A stretch of 64,000 nt of DNA from a virus: the IMG/VR virus record IMGVR_UViG_3300045988_058524, positions 85,118 to 149,117 of that record; one strand, written 5' to 3'. Shown here one piece after another: positions 10,085-20,165 of the stretch. Numbering within the stretch: the stretch's first letter is position 1; each line of letters starts with the position of its first letter. The position numbers were made by a program, and so were the translations under genes. A model generated the notes under the pieces. It had not been told where the DNA came from and searched no databases. It saw nothing but the letters and a program-made list of their open reading frames with translations.

Positions 10085-12226
10085 TTATACACTTTTTGAA
10101 TAAGTTCTCTTTTCAGCCTCTATTCTTCTATCCTTACCAAATGCAGTAATAGGTCTTAGATAGCCAATAATTCTAGTATACTGGGTAATATGCTCACTTC
10201 CACACTTTGGACATACTTTGATTGGAGCTTTTACAATATGTTTACAATCCTCACACTTACTGTTCGGAATATTAAATGTAAAGTAATTAGTTCCCTGTTC
10301 AATAGCAAAATCTATGAGCTTCAAATACTGCTTCTTAGATAGATGTTCTTCTAAATTAATGTGAGCTGCACTTCCGCCATCTGTATACTGATAAGTTTGT
10401 CTTCCGTGAAGTATAAACTTATCTAATACAGATGTGTCATCATGGGCATTATAGAAATAACTATTGTATAGATTCCTATCTTCAGGAACTTTATACCCGT
10501 CCTCCTTATCCCATCTATAATTTTTACCACCAAGTCCCTCTGCTGGAACAACTTCAGAATTAAATAGGAAAGGTCTTTTCTTATCGTGGATGGAATGAAT
10601 CTTATTCTGCTCCTTAATAGTTCCGAGGATTAGTTGCAAGAACTCGAAATACTCTGGATTATTAGATACTTTCAGTCCTAGGAACTCAGCAGCTTCATTC
10701 AAACCATTTAAACCAATAGTACTGTATAGGTCTTTAATATTGATATATCCACCATTAGAAGAAGCAAACATCTTCTTTTCTTCCCATTCATAGAGCATAG
10801 TCTTATAAGTAATGTGATACTTGTAGACTCTATCAAGTATACCTATTAACCACCCTTTAAATTGGTTAGCTACATCCTTAGACCATATTTTATGATTATA
10901 ACATTTATAATAATCTTGTATAATTCTATTGATATTGAGAGTTATCACATTACAGCTACCAGTTTTGACCCCAGTCATACCAGAGGTAGGACTAAATGTA
11001 TTCTCCGCCAATTCATTACGAAGTCTACAACATGAAGCTAGACTATCCGCACTATCAGAAATATAAGTAAAGAAACTATGACCTTGTGCATACATTTCTG
11101 CACACAAATCTTTGTATTCCTTATCTATAATATCTTTTCCATTATGCACCATAGCGAAAGTTTCAACTGGAAAGGTTAGTACCTGTTTCAGACGCAGCTT
11201 GTTGAACCAAGACATAAATAGTCTTTGCAACGTATCAATCGCACTCCACTCCGGTTTCGTTCCGTCTGGATAATAAAATTCTCCAAACAAGGACTCGAAG
11301 TATGTCTTATCATAATACGACACGTTAGTAAAGGGTGATTGATAACTTCTATTTCCTGCGGGCTGATTAATTCCCCAAACAAACTGCTTGAATGCTTTGA
11401 GAATACTATCTTTAATAGTACGCTTAATGAGTGAATGCTCGGAGGTACATATACAGTCAAGCTTTTCATACCACTTTTCTCCATATTCAGCTATGATATA
11501 ATAATTAAGAGCAATGAAGTAACTTCCTACAGCAACTGCTCCTTTACACTGAGAAGATAGTAGAAACACTAGATTAGTAACCTGTCCACTAAACGACTGC
11601 AAATCATTAGGAGGACCAGGAGTAACTCCGTCAATATTACCTACACCTTCCAACATAAGTGGATATAATGAAACTGCCATACAATACTGTTTAAGTACGG
11701 ATGTAGAAGCTTCATCATGAGTATAGATAATATGACTATCTAAGTCTCTAGAATATTGAGAGGCTAGTTCTGGATAAAGAAGCTTCAACTTCTTTTTCAT
11801 ACGATAGCGTTGAATTTCTCTGTTTTCGCGCTTTCTGTCTTCACTTTCTAATGTAGCAACATTCTTAGATACAACATTAGCATTTCCATCTGTTTCAGAT
11901 GAAGTGGCTGCATTTTCAGAACTATTTATATAGTTGTCTTGATAACTAATCTTAGCTATGATTTCTCTAAGCCTAGATTGCTCACTTCTATATTGAGAAT
12001 AAGCCGAGGCTACATCATCATAACCATAGTCTCTCAAGGTCTCAATTACAACATCTTGAATTTCTTCAATAGTAATTCCATCCCATAAATGCATATCTGA
12101 TACCATAGCATTAATAACGTCTCTGTTCTCATCTGGGCAGCAGGCGTTAAATGCCTTAGATATTGCTTCTACTATTTTATTACTATCAAACTCCTGTAAA
12201 CTTCCGTCTCTTTTTACTACCTGCAT
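10085..12226 (-). CDS. nrdD: anaerobic ribonucleoside-triphosphate reductase
   Basis: N-terminal ATP-cone; C-terminal Zn ribbon CEDCKH..CPKCGS; glycyl-radical loop RIIGYLRP. Confidence 0.8.
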   Translation of the reverse strand: MQVVKRDGSLQEFDSNKIVEAISKAFNACCPDENRDVINAMVSDMHLWDGITIEEIQDVVIETLRDYGYDDVASAYSQYRSEQSRLREIIAKISYQDNYINSSENAATSSETDGNANVVSKNVATLESEDRKRENREIQRYRMKKKLKLLYPELASQYSRDLDSHIIYTHDEASTSVLKQYCMAVSLYPLMLEGVGNIDGVTPGPPNDLQSFSGQVTNLVFLLSSQCKGAVAVGSYFIALNYYIIAEYGEKWYEKLDCICTSEHSLIKRTIKDSILKAFKQFVWGINQPAGNRSYQSPFTNVSYYDKTYFESLFGEFYYPDGTKPEWSAIDTLQRLFMSWFNKLRLKQVLTFPVETFAMVHNGKDIIDKEYKDLCAEMYAQGHSFFTYISDSADSLASCCRLRNELAENTFSPTSGMTGVKTGSCNVITLNINRIIQDYYKCYNHKIWSKDVANQFKGWLIGILDRVYKYHITYKTMLYEWEEKKMFASSNGGYINIKDLYSTIGLNGLNEAAEFLGLKVSNNPEYFEFLQLILGTIKEQNKIHSIHDKKRPFLFNSEVVPAEGLGGKNYRWDKEDGYKVPEDRNLYNSYFYNAHDDTSVLDKFILHGRQTYQYTDGGSAAHINLEEHLSKKQYLKLIDFAIEQGTNYFTFNIPNSKCEDCKHIVKAPIKVCPKCGSEHITQYTRIIGYLRPITAFGKDRRIEAEKRTYSKSV

Positions 12227-12227
12227 A

Positions 12228-12995
12228 TTAAATACCCATTACGTCCTTAATTAACAATGTCTTCTCAAATTTATTAACCAAATCTCTCTTATCTTGGGTA
12301 ATCAGGTCAGTAAATGCGTTATACACAGTAAATCCGTCTACAACATTGTCCGTCGTATAATACTTAGATTTTTCATCATAAAATAAATCTTTATAAACGT
12401 CAATCGGAGCAGATTCAGCTAATTTTACAGAACCAAATCCCATATTGATTTTAGAATTGATGCAATTATCAACCCAGTGGCCTAGGTCAGCGTATATATC
12501 ATCTTTCTTATATTCCATCTCTGAAAGCTTCTTAAGCATCAAGTTAGTTTCGTCTGTCATTGACATAGCATTTCTCAAAAAGCTATAGTTAATAGCAGAT
12601 TCAGGCTCTAGCTCAGAAACATTTAACATTTCTGGATTAAATACACACAGATTCAGACAAGCCATATTTAAAGCTCCTACATAGAACTTAACTAATGGTT
12701 TACGAGTATCTAGAGCATAAATCATACTGATTACTCTCTTATGATTATCCCAGGCATATTCGTCTGGTAAAACTCCTTGAATCCAAACTCTATTGTATAT
12801 TACATCATCAAAATTAATCTCCCCGTCTTTAGTAAGTGATATTTGGTCGGCAGGCTTAGCATTAATGATAAAGTTATCAGTCATCTTAGATACTCTGTCT
12901 ATAAACGGAGTCACATAAGCTTCTGTAGTAAAATACTCCTTATCCTTAATTCTAGTTGCCTTTCCCTGCATCAATTGTTCAATCGTCAATTCCAT
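12228..12995 (-). CDS. hypothetical protein
   Basis: ORF track. Confidence 0.35.
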   Translation of the reverse strand: MELTIEQLMQGKATRIKDKEYFTTEAYVTPFIDRVSKMTDNFIINAKPADQISLTKDGEINFDDVIYNRVWIQGVLPDEYAWDNHKRVISMIYALDTRKPLVKFYVGALNMACLNLCVFNPEMLNVSELEPESAINYSFLRNAMSMTDETNLMLKKLSEMEYKKDDIYADLGHWVDNCINSKINMGFGSVKLAESAPIDVYKDLFYDEKSKYYTTDNVVDGFTVYNAFTDLITQDKRDLVNKFEKTLLIKDVMGI

Positions 12996-13665
12996 TTATT
13001 TCTCCTTTTAATATACTATTAAGTATCTCTCCAGTGTCTGCCAAATCTACTCTGTCTGGCATCATCTCAAACGGTAGGTCATCTGCATCAAAATCCAGCA
13101 TAATTTGCTTCATATTAGATGTCTTATCTCCCCAATACTCACTTGGGGAACTTGTAGCTTTAGATATTGAATCTTCTAAGGTATTAATTAATCTTTTAAT
13201 ATCTTCAGTCATAGTTGCATGACATACAAACTTCGGAGTTGTTATCAAAAACATCCCAAAGTGGTCAATAATGAATTTATTGATATCTGTATAACCAAAC
13301 TCCTCCGCCAAATCTTTTAATTTTTTACTAAACTTGGTATATTGGTAGTTCTTTATTTTGAAGTAATAACCTATATCTTGAAGAAGTGCTTTCTTTAGGC
13401 AAGTTTTGTATCCTCTCATAGTCCTACCCACAACAGAATCCCCTACTTTGCATTCGTGCAATATAAAGGTTATTTTTCCATCTTTGAAGTACCATCCAAA
13501 TCCATCTGTCCAATAAAACTTTAGTAGTATACATTCCCCATTAGAGGATGTGCTTATACCTAGTTTTACTGCATCTTCTAACATAGGTTCATTACTGACT
13601 ACCCCATTCTCGTCCAAAGCATTATACAGGATTTCTTCACCTGTGTACCGTTTCCATTTATCCAT
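12979..13665 (-). CDS. hypothetical protein
   Basis: ORF track. Confidence 0.35.
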   Translation of the reverse strand: MDKWKRYTGEEILYNALDENGVVSNEPMLEDAVKLGISTSSNGECILLKFYWTDGFGWYFKDGKITFILHECKVGDSVVGRTMRGYKTCLKKALLQDIGYYFKIKNYQYTKFSKKLKDLAEEFGYTDINKFIIDHFGMFLITTPKFVCHATMTEDIKRLINTLEDSISKATSSPSEYWGDKTSNMKQIMLDFDADDLPFEMMPDRVDLADTGEILNSILKGEINGIDD

Positions 13666-13740
13666 TTAATCGTTAATTAGTTGTTACACTTTCATAATTA
13701 AATTACGTTTTATATCTATCAAACTTAAATTTATCTCAAA

Positions 13741-13774
13741 ATAAAAAAGGAAGACCACCCTAAGGTAATCTTCC
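13741..13774 (-). terminator. rho-independent terminator downstream of 13800..14357
   Basis: GGAAGA/TCTTCC stem with 14-nt loop, followed on the minus strand by UUUUUUAU. Confidence 0.5.
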
Positions 13775-13799
13775 TTTTAAAACTTATATCTTTAAGAAA

Positions 13800-14357
13800 T
13801 TAGGCTTCGATACCGAAAGCAATCCAAGTACCGTTCTTAGTGTTCTTAGAAGGAGTATATTGTGCAGTTGCTACTACAGCTTGTCCCTCAACAACATCCT
13901 TAGTCTTTACTAACTCAGCATTTCCTTTGTACTTACCGCTCTTATACAGCTCCTTAATTGCATTCTTAGCGTCAGCCTTGTTAGTATCAACCTGACAAAC
14001 TACTGTCTGAGTTTCCTTGTCAATCCACTTGTAGAATGTTTTAAACTTACGTTTTCCATCACCCTTAACATCGTCAATCTTATACGGACGCTCACGAGTG
14101 TCAGCAACAGACGATTCAACAGTAATCAAATAACCAGCACCAGGGCAGTTCTTACCTTTCTTTGCAAGATATTCAAGCATGAACTCTTTTACATCACGCT
14201 CTGTGATACCCTTAGTCTGCTTAGCTTTCCAATTTTTGTAAGCCTGTGTTGCATCTCCGTTTACATGGAACAATGTGCTTTCTACTTGTGCGATTGCTGC
14301 TTCTTTGCTTTCTGCTACTACTTCTACTTTCTTAAAATTCAAAATCGTTGTACTCAT
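13800..14357 (-). CDS. hypothetical, probably highly expressed Lys/Ala-rich protein
   Basis: Codon usage is visibly more GC-rich than neighbouring genes; strong terminator follows. Confidence 0.4.
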   Translation of the reverse strand: MSTTILNFKKVEVVAESKEAAIAQVESTLFHVNGDATQAYKNWKAKQTKGITERDVKEFMLEYLAKKGKNCPGAGYLITVESSVADTRERPYKIDDVKGDGKRKFKTFYKWIDKETQTVVCQVDTNKADAKNAIKELYKSGKYKGNAELVKTKDVVEGQAVVATAQYTPSKNTKNGTWIAFGIEA

Positions 14358-14502
14358 AATAAATAAAAATTTTAAACATAAATCATTAACATATAATCTA
14401 GAACTATTTTTCTGTATCTAATCAGTATCGTTTCCCTTACTGATGTAATCAATTATACTTCGTAATTTAGGGAAACCCTAATCTTTAAATGTTAATTTTA
14501 TG

Positions 14503-14979
14503 TTAAAGGGTGTTAAATTGACCCTAGTCACACACCTTATGCTAAATAATAAAATTTCCGACTTTTGTCTTTTTATTAGTTAAAGCATTCTTTATATCCT
14601 ATATCGGAAAACCTAAACTCTATGAACATTCCTATATGGAATCGTAATCCTTATAGAATATGCCCCTTGAGGTCCAGACTCTGATGTATTTTCTCTACTT
14701 GGCAATATTTTGAGACTATTCTACTAGTCTCTCTACACTATCATGAAAGTGTAAGATAATATAGTTGTTATCTTCAAACCATTCCTTAGCTACCTAGTAT
14801 TTTCTAAACATCTTATGGAGTAGCTTTTCTACCTGTTTATCTCCATCCCTTACATCTAACAATTGATATCCAAAGGCGCAGGTATTATAGCACTTCATTC
14901 TCCTCTAGACATCTTTAGCGAAGCCTATCTTCAAAAAGTTGTTGTTTCTTAATAGATATATCATAAAAATTTTTAACAT
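14503..14979 (-). CDS. GIY-YIG homing endonuclease readable only if TAG is decoded as sense (9 in-frame TAG, terminates TAA)
   Basis: Manual translation. MLKIFMIYLLRNNNFLKIGFAKDV*RRMK matches the GIY-YIG core (compare I-TevI GIYQIKNTLNNKVYVGSAKDFEKRWKRH). C-terminus KDYDSI*ECS*SLGFPI*DIKNALTNKK resembles the HTH of homing endonucleases. ATG overlaps the upstream TAA as TAATG. No TAA/TGA in frame. Confidence 0.55.
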
Positions 14980-15329
14980 TAAAATGGTACATAATTGTCT
15001 AGCAAAATTTTGAGTTGTTTGGGCATATCCTTGGGCTTTATTCCAAAGTCAAGGAAAGTATTACACCCATACATTAAATCCTCGCAAATGGCCCCTAGGG
15101 ACTTCAGGAAGGTATTTTTTTCCACCTCCCCAAAGTCGTTACCTACTTTTAGGAGAACATCATAACAAGTTACTTTTTGACCTTTTTTCCTTAACTCATT
15201 AGTTATATAACAAGTGAGAGCAATACAAGCTAGTTTATCTCCCATATTGCTATTTAGGTAATTTAAGGTAAAGTATTTGCTATAAATTGCTGACAATTTT
15301 TCAAAGCTGATATTTTGAAGGTCGTTCAT
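14979..15329 (-). CDS. hypothetical protein
   Basis: ORF track. Confidence 0.35.
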   Translation of the reverse strand: MNDLQNISFEKLSAIYSKYFTLNYLNSNMGDKLACIALTCYITNELRKKGQKVTCYDVLLKVGNDFGEVEKNTFLKSLGAICEDLMYGCNTFLDFGIKPKDMPKQLKILLDNYVPF

Positions 15330-16350
15330 CCAGAGAATAGTCTCTATAACCTATCTGATATGCTACATACTTCAATAGAGTTTTAAACTCATGAAATCCC
15401 TCACGTAATTCTCCATAAGTAACCGGTCTAACCTTACTATAAAAGTTTGGAATAGTAGAAACTACCAAGTAATTAGCTTGGATTTTAGGATTCTTTAGGT
15501 GATAGAACTTCTCAGCACATAGCTTCAGAAGATATAAATACATTGCAAACTCTCTACTGTAATGAAACTTCTTGATATTATTGTCGATTTCACTGACAAT
15601 CTTACCAATAGTTTTTATATCATTCACTACAATAGTGTTAGTCTCCATATCTATGGTATAATTATCTAATTTGGACTTTAAGTGCAAAATGAACTTCTTG
15701 CCGTTGGGACAAGTAGCTTCCACGTCCAATAAAATAGCTTGCTCATTTTCAGAAATAGGTGTTTTAGTTATCCCTTCAGGATGTAAAAGTTTCTGTACTT
15801 GCTTATTGCTATTTAATGCAGCCACACAAGATTTTACGATTTCTAGTGACTTATTATCAAGGTATATAATTTCCTTATCCTGAGCCAAATCAAATTCTTT
15901 AAGCTGTCTATTCTTCCAATAATTGGTAGATGCTTCAATAACAGACTTAGCTAGGTCTTTGGTAAGTTTTCCTTTGTAATATTCAACTTTATCTGAAGCA
16001 GCCTTCACATCATCAAATTTTACATCTCCCTTAAGGAAAACTGGATAAAGCTCATTAGCCATCGCTCCCAACTTAGCAGTCGGTTTACCAATGTCTTCTG
16101 AAAGCTCAAAACTATCTGGCTGTAACACGAGTTCGTGTACGGCACTACCAAGCTCAAGTGCAGAAGAGAAGGTATTTTTAAATCCAGTGAAAAATTTATC
16201 TGGATTTCCATCTTGCCTAGGATTAATTAATCCCAAACGAGAATTACTTACATATCCACTATATTGCTCGGAAAAATACACCTTATCACTTATCTTCTCT
16301 AACCTTAGCGTGTCTAGCAGAGGTCTAAGCTTGATGTCTTTTAATTCCAT
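15301..16350 (-). CDS. hypothetical protein
   Basis: ORF track. Confidence 0.35.
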   Translation of the reverse strand: MELKDIKLRPLLDTLRLEKISDKVYFSEQYSGYVSNSRLGLINPRQDGNPDKFFTGFKNTFSSALELGSAVHELVLQPDSFELSEDIGKPTAKLGAMANELYPVFLKGDVKFDDVKAASDKVEYYKGKLTKDLAKSVIEASTNYWKNRQLKEFDLAQDKEIIYLDNKSLEIVKSCVAALNSNKQVQKLLHPEGITKTPISENEQAILLDVEATCPNGKKFILHLKSKLDNYTIDMETNTIVVNDIKTIGKIVSEIDNNIKKFHYSREFAMYLYLLKLCAEKFYHLKNPKIQANYLVVSTIPNFYSKVRPVTYGELREGFHEFKTLLKYVAYQIGYRDYSLDERPSKYQL

Positions 16351-16859
16351 CCTAAAGTCTCTAATTCTAATTCATATGCAAATCTAATTTCGTTAATATC
16401 TAAACTATAAATGCGAAATAATGGGTCTCCATTCTGATTATGGGGTCTGTCAATTAACAGGGCTGGAAGACCAGAATTGATAGCCATTTGTACATTACTA
16501 ATACTATCATCAATTAATACATCGCATTTGCCTTTTATCAAGTCAGCCTTATTTCCATGCTGATAATACATTTGATAAATAGGTCTTATGGGTAAATTGT
16601 ATTTAGCTAGACAATTCCTAGTATAAACCTTACTGTTTATTCTCTTTGTGGCATAAATATATGGTTCAAAATTTGGTTTCTCTAGCAAGGGTAAATTTTC
16701 CCAAAACTCCTTATTATAGCGAAGACTTACTACGTTCCGTGTAATTACGTGTTCAACTAAATCAGATTCCCTTGGAAATAGAGCCTTGTAAGCTCCCCAA
16801 AAGTCAAAGATAGTATCATCCAAGTCTAGTGCTATTCTCAATGGATTATATAAATTCAT
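16341..16859 (-). CDS. HAD-superfamily 5'-(deoxy)nucleotidase-like hydrolase
   Basis: N-terminal DLDDTIFD (DxDxT) motif. Confidence 0.45.
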   Translation of the reverse strand: MNLYNPLRIALDLDDTIFDFWGAYKALFPRESDLVEHVITRNVVSLRYNKEFWENLPLLEKPNFEPYIYATKRINSKVYTRNCLAKYNLPIRPIYQMYYQHGNKADLIKGKCDVLIDDSISNVQMAINSGLPALLIDRPHNQNGDPLFRIYSLDINEIRFAYELELETLGWN

Positions 16860-17067
16860 TTATCTCAGATACTTCTCCTAAATATATCCCATGTTTATCG
16901 GCAAGTTCTTCGCAGAAATCATCATAATCCAGAAGATCATCTAAATCGTCGTACTTATTTATATACATACTCTTTATTTTTTCTTCACAATCCTCGTAGC
17001 TTCTAGCTACCACTTTACCAATTCTACAGACTTCATCTGTATGCCATGGAAATAAATATGTGTTCAT
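16846..17067 (-). CDS. hypothetical protein
   Basis: ORF track. Confidence 0.3.
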   Translation of the reverse strand: MNTYLFPWHTDEVCRIGKVVARSYEDCEEKIKSMYINKYDDLDDLLDYDDFCEELADKHGIYLGEVSEINEFI

Positions 17068-17312
17068 AACTCGATTACTTCAATAACATTTAATCGCTTC
17101 TTAATTAAAAGTTCAAGGTCTTCTCTATCCACGTAGACAAAGTGACTCTTTTTCAAATCAGATAATGTAGAGTCAAATTCTAGAGAAAATGCTTCCTCAG
17201 TTCTCCAATTCTTCTTAGCTGTCCTCAAATAGAGGGCATACTCGTCATCAAAGTCATTAACTACACAGTTCTTAATCGTAGGAATTGGACCTTTAACTAT
17301 TAACTTTTTCAT
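17064..17312 (-). CDS. hypothetical protein
   Basis: ORF track. Confidence 0.3.
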   Translation of the reverse strand: MKKLIVKGPIPTIKNCVVNDFDDEYALYLRTAKKNWRTEEAFSLEFDSTLSDLKKSHFVYVDREDLELLIKKRLNVIEVIEL

Positions 17313-17593
17313 TTCTTAAGCAATTCATAAAAATATTCTATAGGTATTACAGCTACTTGACCCACGCTAGGTGCTCCGTTCTTTCCTGCCTTCTTCCAAC
17401 ATATACAGAACGGTTTAGATTTATCACTACAAGCGTCCCTAATGTCAAAATAGTTTGGCATATTTTGGGTGAATTTAGCTTGGATATTAACTGGGAGTTC
17501 GTTATTCATATCTACAATGTCTATCTTATCAGCATCAGCCAATTTATTCTGACTTCTACTGGATACACACCCTTCATATCCTATGTCTCTCAA
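17309..17593 (-). CDS. hypothetical protein
   Basis: ORF track. Confidence 0.3.
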   Translation of the reverse strand: MRDIGYEGCVSSRSQNKLADADKIDIVDMNNELPVNIQAKFTQNMPNYFDIRDACSDKSKPFCICWKKAGKNGAPSVGQVAVIPIEYFYELLKK

Positions 17594-17837
17594 TTTGTGA
17601 ATTATTTCTAACTCATACTGAGAACCTTTCTGCTTACTTTTCTTAGCTTGCTTGCTTCTTCTTACTGCTGGGTCAGCCCATTCAAAAGTAATTCCATCTT
17701 TTGACTTCGCTCCAGAGCCAGGTTTATTAGCTCTGGCTTTAATAGAATTTATCTCTAGACCTGTTACTTCTGATGCTTCCTCTATGGTTTCAAAAGTTTT
17801 CTTTTCGCCATTTTTAAATGTGGCTGTAACACTTGTA

Positions 17838-18851
17838 TTAGTCTACTTTTTCATTCTTCTTAAATTTCTTTATGTAGTTAGTAATAAATTCTTGTGTACC
17901 CTTTCTTCCGTACATATGATAGTAATCACTTATATCCTTAGCTCCTGTACTTCTGGGAATCATTGATACAATTAGTTCTGGATGTTGCTTTCTAATCTTA
18001 TTAGTAAAACGTACTCCAGTTAAATCATTATCATATAGCAACACAACATATTTGAATCTCTGCTTTAATTCTTCTAATACTTTATCAGAAACAAACTGAG
18101 TTTCAGAGTTGGGAGCTATAGCTGGTATTCCTAAAGAATATAAACACATAACATCTTTCATAGACTTAGTTATCACAACTAGTTTACCACTCTTAACTAA
18201 TTGTTTATAGCCTTGAATGGTTTTAGTAGGAACATTGCCTATGAATCTAAACTCCTTTCGTTTTGGCATATAAATACGCCATTGCTCAATGTTTTCTTTC
18301 TTTCCAAAATAGTAACCATAGATAGGACTATGTTGGGCAGATTGTGCATATATATTTCCGTTGAGAAATACAGTATTACAACTGTAGACCTTGAATTTAT
18401 ACAGAATATCTTTAGTAATACCAAAACTTCCCCACCACTTCAACTCAGATTCTGAGAAATCCTTGGCTTCTATTTGAATAAAGGTTTGTTTTTCCTCTTC
18501 AAACTTCGGCTGGATTTTCACTGCAACTTTCTTTACAGAAGAGTCCTTAGTATATCCAAAGTCTTTAGCTATAATCTTTAAAGCAGTGTGGTAGTTACAA
18601 TTATACTTTTCCATAACTACTCCTTCAAATGTCAGACACTTTCCAGAAGCAAAGTCTTTAAAATACAAGTTTCCAGATTTTCCTCTAAAGAAACTGCAGG
18701 TGACGTGACTGTCACTACGCAAAGGAGACTTAAACAATCCTTTCTTAACTGGGATGCCCAGATAATAAGTCATGTAAGTCTCCTCATTGTTCTTAGATAG
18801 AAGAAATTCCTTAGTAATTTTTGGTTCAAAAGTATAATTAAACATAGTCAC
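17838..18851 (-). CDS. DNA primase (TOPRIM domain)
   Basis: C-terminal TOPRIM-like segment with LLYDNDLTG acidic motif. Lies next to the DnaB-like helicase gene. Confidence 0.5.
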   Translation of the reverse strand: MTMFNYTFEPKITKEFLLSKNNEETYMTYYLGIPVKKGLFKSPLRSDSHVTCSFFRGKSGNLYFKDFASGKCLTFEGVVMEKYNCNYHTALKIIAKDFGYTKDSSVKKVAVKIQPKFEEEKQTFIQIEAKDFSESELKWWGSFGITKDILYKFKVYSCNTVFLNGNIYAQSAQHSPIYGYYFGKKENIEQWRIYMPKRKEFRFIGNVPTKTIQGYKQLVKSGKLVVITKSMKDVMCLYSLGIPAIAPNSETQFVSDKVLEELKQRFKYVVLLYDNDLTGVRFTNKIRKQHPELIVSMIPRSTGAKDISDYYHMYGRKGTQEFITNYIKKFKKNEKVD

Positions 18852-18885
18852 TAAGGAATTTATGAATTACCCTACTAACAAATCA

Positions 18886-19581
18886 TTATAGCAAGTTGTC
18901 AAGATCGAAGTCATTTCCTGGTGCAGCATCTACACCGGCAACATCTGCAATCGGGTCTTCTGACTTCATTTCAGTAGGCTTAGCTTTCAGATACTTCTGA
19001 CGTTCTCCCTCCTCATAGTCAGAGAAGAACAGCTTGTCACCAATATAGTTATCAGAGATGAACGACTCACCTTGTTTGTTAATACCTACGATACGAGGTA
19101 TATCAGCAACTACTTTACCATCACGGTTTCTACCAATCAACTTCAACTTAGTCTCTGTACCTTTAACTTTTTCAGTTATAGTAATCAGAGCCTTAGCTAC
19201 ATCATCGAAGCTCTTAAATTTAGAGCTAGCTGCTTGCATCTTTTCAAATCCTGCAGGATTGAGAACCTGTGCAGTCTGCTTAACTACAGCCATCAAAGTC
19301 TCGAAGTTGGAAGGCATAATAACCTTTCCACCATTCTTACTATCAAACTCACGTCTCTCATCATCACCAGCTTTAGGGAAGAATTGAGTCACAGAGAAGT
19401 AACCCTCTTCGTTCTCAAAGTTGATTGCTAGAACTTTATAATGAGCCGTTGGATCCTTTTTACCATCAAATTCTTTGATTTCACATCCCATGAATTTTAC
19501 ATCATGGATGTTCCAAGGAGTTAAAGGACGACGTGTGTTTCTTACTGCTGAGTCTGCTGATATACCAAAATTAAATGCCAT
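18886..19581 (-). CDS. putative single-stranded DNA-binding protein
   Basis: Acidic C-terminal tail (GNDFDLDNLL) and position in the replication module. Weak call. Confidence 0.3.
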   Translation of the reverse strand: MAFNFGISADSAVRNTRRPLTPWNIHDVKFMGCEIKEFDGKKDPTAHYKVLAINFENEEGYFSVTQFFPKAGDDERREFDSKNGGKVIMPSNFETLMAVVKQTAQVLNPAGFEKMQAASSKFKSFDDVAKALITITEKVKGTETKLKLIGRNRDGKVVADIPRIVGINKQGESFISDNYIGDKLFFSDYEEGERQKYLKAKPTEMKSEDPIADVAGVDAAPGNDFDLDNLL

Positions 19582-19583
19582 AA

Positions 19584-20165
19584 TTAATTCAAATTAAAAT
19601 CAAATTTTTCTAAGTCTTTGTCATCTTCGTCTATGTTTATATTATCTAATGATTCTATATCGAGTTCATTCTCGATATCAATTATCTCATCAGGTACAGA
19701 GTTTTCTTCTTGTACCTTATCTCCTACTAGATAATAAATTCCTTTATCCTCTGTAGGCTCTAGTTTAAAGGTAGTACCATAAGCTGAGAGCTTTTCATTA
19801 GCTGCACCCCTATAACTTACAGTATTACTCTTTGTTAACTTGTTTCCACTTTTAGTTCCAAAAGCGGCATCAGTTCCAATAATAGGAACTGCTTTCTTAT
19901 CCTTCTTCTTATACTTGATGTCTACTCGACAATCTGCACAAACCTGTAACAGGTCTACAGCTCCCTGAGTTAATATTAACTTGTTGGAATCAAGCGTAAT
20001 AATAGGATCTGGATTAGCATCTACCTTGGCTGTAGAAGCCTTAGTAGATGTCTTGGTAGCACTTTTCGTTGCCTTAGTGTCAACAGAAATTTCTTCTTTC
20101 CCAATATAGGTGATTTCACCAGTTTGTTCATTCACCTCGTAGTGAAACAGTATGTCTAACTTCAT
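19584..20165 (-). CDS. hypothetical protein with acidic C-terminus
   Basis: ORF track. Confidence 0.3.
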   Translation of the reverse strand: MKLDILFHYEVNEQTGEITYIGKEEISVDTKATKSATKTSTKASTAKVDANPDPIITLDSNKLILTQGAVDLLQVCADCRVDIKYKKKDKKAVPIIGTDAAFGTKSGNKLTKSNTVSYRGAANEKLSAYGTTFKLEPTEDKGIYYLVGDKVQEENSVPDEIIDIENELDIESLDNINIDEDDKDLEKFDFNLN

